From contig OZ038378.1 in NCBI GenBank assembly GCA_964036045.1, positions 6,076,001-6,140,000 on the forward strand: a DNA stretch of 64,000 nucleotides. The letters are read 5' to 3'. Shown one piece after another: positions 55,406 to 64,000 of this stretch (position 1 is its first letter; the number at the start of each line of letters is the position of its first letter). This DNA comes from Eutreptiella sp. 'Long Island Sound 2002' (taxonomy: Eukaryota; Protista; Euglenida). Under the pieces are notes generated by a model. That model saw only the letters and a list, made by a program, of their open reading frames with translations, was not told the DNA's origin and made no database searches. The translations under genes were made by a program, and so were the position numbers.

Positions 55406-58400
55406 GACCGAAGACAGAAAAATTATGAATGTTATTGATCATTATTGTTACTATCATCATTATTACTACTATTATGACCACAGAAGCTCAACAGAGCGCG
55501 ATACAAAAGCCTCTGTTCTCCTTTCCAAAATTTGACCAATCCCGGAACACATTTGTGCGGTTTTAGTTCGTTGCTGCAGCGGTTCGTAACAGCGGGCGGT
55601 TTCTACATGCAGCAATTCGGAACACCACCCATACGAACTGCTACAAAACGAACCTTTACACTTACGAACTATTACCACCCCCTGTACCTTGAGGATGATG
55701 GCCGTTACTAGTCCTTGATACGAGGAAAACCTGCATTTTTGGAAGGCGAATTCACATAAAACCCAATATTTTACAATCATCTCCGACCCGGTCAGTGGTG
55801 TTCCGCTGCAATTTTTATAATAAAATCTATCAAAATTTTGCAAGATTCCCTTGCCCTCGGTCATCCCAATCTGCACTGTAGCCAAGAGGATGGTCGCTGG
55901 CTTCTTGGTACACTCACATTGTTCCACGGGCGCCGCTGTGCCCCACAGCCCCGTGAATGATTGCACGAAGCAATCTACATTCTCTGCGTCCTTAGATACA
56001 GAAAAGGTATGGACAAGAGTTGTCTTAGCCACAACGTAACAGCAAACAGAGGCGCTGTAGAGGCGCAAATTCAAATAGCGCCGTCATGCGCAGTAATATG
56101 CGGCTGTGTAAAATTTAATAATAAAAGAAGTCTAAGTTAAAAAACGTCAGAACTTCACTGAATTCTACATTTCATTCTTCACATTCCACGTGGATTTGTG
56201 TGCGCGTGCTCTTCAACGCCGATCTCAGCGCGACACGCGCTCGACCTTAGATTTGCTCCAGAAAGCAAGTCTGTGACCATAAGTTGGTCTGCATTGGCGT
56301 AAACCGCAATTGGGCCCAAAGGGTCCCCAAACTGCATCACCTCCCTCCCTAACAGATTTGCATACCAAGCCGCAAAAGTGACCCTGATTTGGGCACAAAA
56401 GTGACTCCCTATGGACCTTTCGTACGGCGACCTGGTAGGCATTTTCTCCGAGGGCTGTAGCAGTAATTCTCCAATCTTGTGTAGGCCGGTCTGGGCGTTG
56501 GCACCTAAAGTTGGGGGCCCGGCACTCAAGGGATGGAAAAATGAAAAATAAAAAACCACCATGACACTGACTGCGTCCATGCACAGGGTTGTGGCAAATA
56601 TTTACCATATTCATAAATCAAGGGGCAAACAGGCGGTGATGAAAAAGAGTGGGTGGGCATAGCTGCCGGCATTACCAAACACGCTGCGCGATCGAACACA
56701 ATCGCGCTGCTGCGACAGAGCCCTAAGCTGTTGCGGGGCCTTCTCCTGCACGACGAACATGCTGATGCGATGGGCAGTCCGGTGCTGGCACTGCCATGAG
56801 AGGATCGTGCAAGCAACCAGATTATCACAAGTACCACACATCGCTCTTTGGTAGTCCTGCCCCTGCGCAAATCTGGTGTTGACCATCGCCACCTTTGCAC
56901 AGGCCTCAACTGGGCACTCTCGTCGCAGCACCGCAGGTCGTGGATGGCGCCAATGTTGCGCTAGCCTCCTGGTTGTTGCAGTACTTCCGCTACTCAGCCG
57001 CGGATGTTTATGCTCCACACCGAAGAAACTTTGGACTTCCGGATGTTCACCAGTGTATAGATTGCTTTTGAAGTGTTTTTGGGTGGTCCTACGCTATTGG
57101 TTTTGAGCTCTCTATCCTACCTTGAGGTTGACGGCGGTCATTGGTCGTTGACACGGGGAAAACCTGCATTTTTGGAAGGCGAGTTCAGATAAAACCCCAA
57201 TACTAATTGTTTTGTGAAATACAAAAATATGCACATACAAACCCAAGTTCAAGTAGGGCACAATTCAGGATCACAATACTCCAAACATGAAGGGCTGTGC
57301 ATGATAAAAGCAACAACAATCATTTATGTACAGCAGTGCTCAACTAGATTCTGATAGATAGTTAAAAACACTTAAGAAAAGAAAAGAAAATTGCCCTCAT
57401 GGGCACCCTCTTTGAGGTAGGGTCACTCTGAGATGTGAACCCTTTGTTTTCGGTCCCTGAGGTGCTGTGGTGGCATGGCCTTTGGCACTGAGGTCACTGC
57501 CATGTCACAGGGGATCTTCCTACTTGGCTAGGCTGACGGTGAATTGAACCTAGGACCTCTCAAAAAGAGGTGCCACAGCCCCCTAGGACCTCTCAAAAAA
57601 GAGGTGCCACGGCCCCCTAGGGTGGACACCACTAGGATAAGTAGTCATTCATGAAAAATAGATAAAAATGTATAGGTTGTGAATCACAGTAGTGCCTCAG
57701 TCAACTCACGATATCCCCCGAGATAGTTGGGAGGTTAGCAAACCTCACAACATCCACTGATTAGTGTTTGGTTTGATAGGTCAAAATGCATTATCCGCAT
57801 TTTAGTAGGCGCCAATACTAAGAGAAAGATGTGGTATGCCTTAACGTATCCTTAATACAACTAAAGCTAACCCCATAGGCATTGAAATACACTTTTTCTT
57901 ACTAACTTTGCACTATTCATCAAGGCTCCCATGCGGGATCCGTTGCTAGGTTGTGGCTGTCCTGGGCGCCCTTGGAACCTAGGGCTGATTAGCTGATTTT
58001 TCTGAAAATGAAATCCTGTCATATCTCCGGTTTCATGCTCATAATCGTGAACACCACATGCGAACACCAAGCAAGAGACCACCCAAGTCCACAATCTCAG
58101 GATACATGCACCCTTTTCTTGTCTCTCAGGAACATACAAATTTTTGGGGGATCCTTGCTGGGTCCCTATGACACCGAGCAGCCCTATGCGCTGTGTTCGG
58201 GCTTTGGCTTGCATTTGGCTTGAGGTTGGCTGTTGATGGGCATTGCGCATGTTGTGCACCCTTTTTGCGAGGGCAACCAAAATGGGCAAAAAAAATTGCA
58301 ATTTTTTTGTTAAAGACCAATTTTTATGTCGGGTGTTACACCAAAGTTTTCTTCGCTTTTTTTTGCGTTTTGGATTTATGGTTTGATTCATTTTGTTGGT

Positions 58401-61384
58401 ACTGCAAGAGCCAATGCGAGCTGCATGCTTTCGAGCCTGCTGCCGAGAATACTTGATATTGGACTCCGAAATAGCCCAGAATGCTTTCGGAAACAGTTCA
58501 CGCAGCATTCACACTGCAACTGCTTCCGATCCACGGTTGCCTCATGGGGAATGACTGAAACTATTGCGAAGGTTGTATATGTGCCCTATAGGCAGGGAAC
58601 GCAAAGCAGGGCCACAAAGGCAGGGGAAAACTTTGCCCCAAAAACTGTGTTACTTCCAACACCCTTGGTGTTTGCCCTTGTGTTAATACCATGGCAAACT
58701 GACAGACAGCTAAAGAACTCGCCAAATGGCAATTGTTGATGAATTTGCCTTGTCATAAAGTAGGGAACAAAGTCTGATTATGCAAAGTGTGAGCGAACCC
58801 ACCTTGGGGACAAAACCTTTGTGAAGCCCCCTAGCTGGTCGAGAGCCCAAGGGTTTCTAACTCCTCTATTCTCTTGCAAAAAGAGGGGTGCGGGCAAAAA
58901 ACAATTGATTTTTGTGATTTTTTTAGCGGAAGCCATTTTTGCGTACGGCATGACGCCAAAAATTACTTTTTTTCCCTGCGTTCCTTTTTTTCTTTGCGGA
59001 CAACAACACCTTGTGCCGGAATTAAATATTTTCACAAATCATTAGGATTTGTGTGGTAACTTCTATGACTGCTTGGAGCTCGACTGTGTTGATTGTTTGT
59101 CTAGAATGGGGGGGGATATAGGCCGTCCGCTCCCAGCCATCAGTGGAGTAGCATCTCCACCCCACCACGCACCCTACGGTTGCCAAATGTCCGCAGACCC
59201 ACATAAACAGATAACCCTCTGTTTCTTTCTGCTGAATAGCCTGGAGAGCCACTGCCGCTAGCTCTTGCTTGCTAGCTACCTTCTGCTTGTTTCTCTCCCT
59301 CTGCTCCTCCGCTAAAGACAAATTTGGCTGACAGACAATTGTTTGGGTAACATGGGACCCATGGTTTCATAGGTGAAACAGAGACAAGTGAAATTGCAAG
59401 AAAACCGCCGAGAAGTGCTGCAGTGGCTCCCATACAGGGGGCAGGGGGCGTTTACCTCATAGCATATAGATCTAAATATATGGCTGTCGATAATTTGGTG
59501 GACCCTGCATCTTGTGATGCTGTGTTGGGAACACCAGAATGAAAATAACCTGCCACAACCAAAGCGCAAAGCATAACCACAGACCAAGCTGCACCACAGA
59601 TGATTGTGACTTTGGCTTTTGCCAGTGAATTCCAATGTGCAACATCAAAGCAGCGACAAATATCCTGTCCAACGTGCAGCCGTCAACAATGCAACGCTGC
59701 CGGCTGGGCAGGCTTGTAGCGATTCAAATCAGGAGGAAAATCCAGTAGGCAAAGCAAGAGCAACCTTCTGTAAAAACAAAGTGACAAAGAGGACGTATTG
59801 AATTGCAACAAACACTAATTTGGCTTCATGGACAGGGGTTTGCATTGCTGGGTAGAATGATCTCTCATCACCAGCCAAATCAATTCGGTCGGTTCAACCA
59901 CAAGCTACACAAAAGCTACACAAATCCATGAATGCCCTCCAGTGGCAGCTGGATATAAAACCATGGGATTCGGTGCAGGTTCTGAGGTACACCATTGTGT
60001 GAATCTAAGACACGCCTTCCAGTAGTGGCAGACATGCAGAGATTGGAAGCACCCTTGGGAGGTGCTCCTTTATTGCTCCATCTGGTTTGCCCAGCTGGAA
60101 AAGACTCCACAGTCAGTGGAATTGTCCCAAGATGTTTGCACCATTCTTCATTCCAGGCCTATGGCACGCTGCCGACACAATTCATCACAAAAGACACGTT
60201 GTCACAGGGTCATGCCTGCACAGGGCAGACCTAAGGCAAAAAAAATATGCTGATCACAATGCTCTGTTCCGCAGCAGATAATGTGGCTTCTGAGGGTGGC
60301 ATCAAGCGCTTCATCCCATTAATTACAGCAGGGCGCACCCACAGGATGATAGATTCTGGCTTCAATGACAAGCCGTCCTCAGAGCATATCCCTGTTGAAG
60401 TTCAACTGGAATTGTACATTTGACCAGACGTGCCTGAAGAGACAAGTATATTGCGGGAATGCACCCACTCCATCACCAAGATGGGTATCACCATCTCCCT
60501 CTCCAGGCATTTTCTCTAAAAGGGACATCACCAGGGCAATGGTGCCTGGGGGTCACCAGACACTGGGACCGGCAGTCATCCTGTGGTGTGAGGGATGACT
60601 TGCTGCAGAAACCTCTGGACAAGGATAGTGTGGTGCATCCACATCCGTTACATTCACCGGAGCGAATTCAGTCCGAAGCAGACAGACAGACTGGTGTGGC
60701 CGTCATGCAGCAGGAACCGGGAAAACAAAGAGGGGCACACAATTGTCATTTTTCAGCCGAAAGAATTAGGCCCAGGCTGATGTCTGACATTTGCCAGTCA
60801 CCCTGCAAAACTGTAACTGGGACATGGAAAGGTTTGAGTGCAAAACATAGTGATGGGGATTGCCATTTTTTCCCCTGGCGCTCTCGGCTGTCCCTAGCAA
60901 CTGCAGGTATGCCGCATGATCTTTCATGGTGTATGCGGCAACAGCATACCAAGGAGGGCAAGCACCTGCTGCTGAGTTGGGTGGCAGATTACCCTACCTT
61001 CCAACCACCAAAACTATCTCCGTAGAAGATGGTGCCATAGAGGGAACAGCAAGTGGAGACTAAATCTGCTCGTGTGAGGCCCTCCCGCACTATTTGTAGC
61101 ACTGCATATCAAAGACACCTCGTGAAAACCACATGGTGCAACAGATCAAGGTATTGACTGCTGGTTTTCAATTCAATCAAAAGGCACTGGCAACAAAATG
61201 GTTCAGTTCAACCATGGCACTGCTGTGCTGAGGGGGCGTTTTCGCACAGAGCGCGCACAACGCCAGTCATTACGCTGTTTATCCTGGGAACACCCCTGAA
61301 AACCACCCATCTACAGAAGCATACATGATCAATTCAAAACAGCATGGGGTGCAGAATTCAGGACCCTGTGTCCCGTGGCGAGCA

Positions 61385-63160
61385 TCAGGTTTGAAAAAAA
61401 AAATAAGTGGTGTAGCAGCTGGGGCTGTAGGGTGCAGAATTCAGCACCCTGGGACCCGTGGCTACCAGCGGTGGAAAGCAGCCGACTTTTCGCACAGTGC
61501 GCGCACAGTGCACGGTGTGCCCCCTTAGATGCAGACACCTACCCCCCCCGGGGGGGTTTTGGCATGACGCCATGGTGTGATGATCTCGTCTGCAGCTGGC
61601 GGCGCCTACTGGCCGATCGCCATTCGCTGCCCTTCCCTTGGACCCTTTCCCTCCATAGGCGGTGGTGCCCATCAGCTTCTCACCACCCTTTGACCTTCCT
61701 CTTCCTCCTTGCCCTAACCTTCCCTCTCCCCTCCCCTTTCCCTTCCCTTGGCCTTTCCCTCTGTAGGCCACCGTGCCCATCGGCCTCACCACACTCCTTC
61801 CCTTCCCTTTCCCTTGGTCGGTTGTGCCAACGGAGCCCCCGGACTTGCCCTGTTTCACTTCTCTGCGTCGAGTCCACGCAGAGGAAGGCAAATGCCTTCG
61901 CCGTTGGCCAGGTGCGTCCAAGCGGCCATCCCAAGCCGGCGGTGAGGTACCTCTCCCCAACGGCGGCTGGTGGGCCCTGGGATGGCCACTTGCGGGGTCG
62001 TTTCCCCGACGGGGGCACATAACAACCTTTCTCCTCCAAGTTCCCGCGCTCAGTCCATCCTTTGGCGAGCGCAACACAAACCCCCTACCCTCTCCTTCAT
62101 GCCTTTGCTGCGCGGACGGGGGTTGTGGGGGATGCGTGGGTGCACGGGGGAGTAGGATGTAGCGGGTGACGTGGGGTGGGCCTCTTACCGTCCCTGGCCG
62201 CCCACTTCGTTGCGCGACTCCCCGGACCACCTCAACATAGGAGCGAGTTGTTGTTGGGTTGACGGTGGTGTCCCGTGTTGGGTGGAGGTGCGTAGGGCCC
62301 CTTGCTGGCCCCCTTCTCCCGGCTTGGTCCGGGCGCTTGACGACGTGGTGCGTCCCTTTTCTGGTTGAGTTGCTACGCGAGGGAAGGAGTCTCTCCCCTG
62401 CTCGCTTCTCAGTGCCAGCACGCTGGGACTTACTGCCGTGGTCACTCCCTTGAGAGCGCGGCCCCCGGTGGGCTTGCGTTGCCACATCGGGCATCTCGCT
62501 GAGGCCCCATTGGACCCCCCGAGAAGAACTCGGTGCACGTGTAGAGTTCATTGTTTTGTTTTGGTCGGTGTTGGTCACCACCCTGGCTAAAAAAGTGCGG
62601 GGGTTGCCTTCCCCCTGCCTGTTGTTTGGCCTTGCCCCCTACTCCGCCGGCGAGAAAGCTCGCTGCGCGTTGTGGTAGCCGGGGCGCATCCAATGGAGAC
62701 TGCGGCGCCGTCTCCATTGGGCATGGGTCCAGAGGCCCGTCCACGGCCGTACCTCAGACCACATCGTTGTGCCTTGTTGCTGTATCACTGGGGGCCGCGG
62801 CTCCCCAGTGTGAGTCTCGGTGGCTGGAGGATCCTCTCCTCCCCAGCAGAGCCATGTTGATGGTGTGAGACTCTCCTTTCCATCAGGCTTTTTGCTTTCA
62901 TTGTTCTTCTTTCTTCACCCGGCGCCGGGTTGCCCGTCCCTTGGGTTCCTGGGTCGCTTGGCGCCCGGTCTCAGTCCCTCTTGCTTCAAGGCCTAGGCCA
63001 TGCCATGGTGCGTTCCGGGTCGCGCCTTTGTGCTCGGCACTGCGCTGCACAAGCTGCACCCCGTCACCTTGACGCCGTCGGAACTGTGCGACCGTGCGCT
63101 TCCACGCCCTCTTGTCACCCGCGGGTGGGGCTTGTCCGCTTCTCACTTGGCTTCCATCTT
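61385..63160 (-). pseudogene. In-frame decayed continuation of the J-domain ORF, retroelement ORF1-like low complexity
   Basis: Same frame as 63161-63991; TAG/TGA stops compatible with CAG/CGA decay; TRSYVEVVRG and GKGKG-rich segments. Confidence 0.45.
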
Positions 63161-64000
63161 CTACTCCTTGTACAGCCGGATGCCTACTTGCTCGGCAATC
63201 ACGTTTGCCCTGTGCAAGTTTTGCATCAACCTGGTTGTGTCCTCCACTGTGAAGTTGATGCCCTCCCCGATGATGAACACCTCCGGCTCCCAACGTCTCA
63301 CCTCCGGCACCCATACCGTTGAGGCTAGCACTCGCACTTTGTACACCTGGTCTGGTGCCAATAAGTACATGTTGCTTCCTGCCTCGGGGTAGTCGGAGAA
63401 CCACCCTCTCCTCCTTTTCTCAGCGAGGATCCGGTCCGCTTGGATGGCGCGGACGTGGTGCGTGTGCCACCGGAACTTCTCATGGAACAAGAGGCGCCGG
63501 GTCCGTTGCGTTCCCGACCCCGGTGGCGGTGCGCCCTTCGGTGTACCCTCACCGTGGCTAGCCCCCATTCCACTCGCATGTTCGGAACGACCGGGCCTTT
63601 TGCTTCCCCACAAGAAAGACCAAAAACCCTCTCCATCGCCCTCCGTTTCTGGGTTTTTGGCACTTGGTGGCGCTTCCTCCGGGGCTGTTTGCCCCGCCGA
63701 ACTTGTGCTGTTGCAGAAATTGGATCGAAAGTATGTGGGGTTGAACTGGTAGTTGGTTGGTTCCTCCGCCGGCCTTGGCGGTGTCACCCCGGGCGCACTT
63801 TTCCATCCCTCGTAGCCGGAGGTCAACCTTTTGAACAGGTGGGTGGCTTTGGCCATGTTGTTCATGTTCTTGTCCGGATGTAACCGCAACACCCACTTTT
63901 TGTATGCGGCCTTCACTTCATCCATGGTGGGTGCACTACCCACTCCAATCTGTTCAAGAAAGCTCCATCCTTCAAAACCCGGGGGCAGCACCTCAACGGG
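63161..64000 (-). CDS. J-domain (DnaJ/Hsp40-type) containing ORF, open at the window edge
   Basis: EVKAAYKKWVLRLHPDKN...ATHLFKRLTSGYE with the HPD motif; intronless; frame stays open past 64000. Confidence 0.75.
   Translation of the reverse strand, partial: PVEVLPPGFEGWSFLEQIGVGSAPTMDEVKAAYKKWVLRLHPDKNMNNMAKATHLFKRLTSGYEGWKSAPGVTPPRPAEEPTNYQFNPTYFRSNFCNSTSSAGQTAPEEAPPSAKNPETEGDGEGFWSFLWGSKRPGRSEHASGMGASHGEGTPKGAPPPGSGTQRTRRLLFHEKFRWHTHHVRAIQADRILAEKRRRGWFSDYPEAGSNMYLLAPDQVYKVRVLASTVWVPEVRRWEPEVFIIGEGINFTVEDTTRLMQNLHRANVIAEQVGIRLYKE

Noticed and set aside
57515-57560. tRNA on the minus strand (GGTTCAATTC)
   Set aside because: Only a T-loop-like motif; no cloverleaf.
59300-61150. Possible decayed RT or integrase coding sequence
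   Set aside because: Protein-like fragments are present, but motif spacing does not fit any family I can name.

Overview
Repeat-rich eukaryotic genomic DNA, probably from a protist; the taxon cannot be fixed from the sequence. One intact host gene can be assembled: a 14-exon gephyrin-type molybdenum-cofactor gene (MogA-like G domain, His-rich linker, MoeA-like E domain; about 606 aa) on the minus strand, 40094 to 14828. All its introns are GT-AG and the exon phases close exactly. Almost everything else is mobile or repetitive DNA, much of it inside the gephyrin introns. (i) A 6.2-kb Penelope-like retroelement sits in a (CA)n tract. It has ~255-bp direct terminal repeats, a gag-like ORF with five zinc knuckles, and a GIY-YIG endonuclease upstream of the RT. 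ORF1 and ORF2 are in frame and separated by a single TAG, and each terminal repeat holds a candidate hammerhead ribozyme. (ii) Three TIR/foldback elements have 9-10-bp target duplications, and one carries an 85-bp satellite array. (iii) Two decayed RAG1/Transib-fold DDE transposase remnants are present, one next to a Ulp1-like protease remnant. (iv) A scrambled repeat carries 2OG-Fe(II) dioxygenase-like fragments. (v) A 5-kb poly(A)-ended, A-depleted element is bracketed by 958-bp direct repeats. (vi) A pogo-type transposase faces a spliced ORF with weak C5-methyltransferase-like motifs. (vii) A decayed J-domain ORF lies at the right edge. All protein family calls come from motifs read by eye; no database searches were run.
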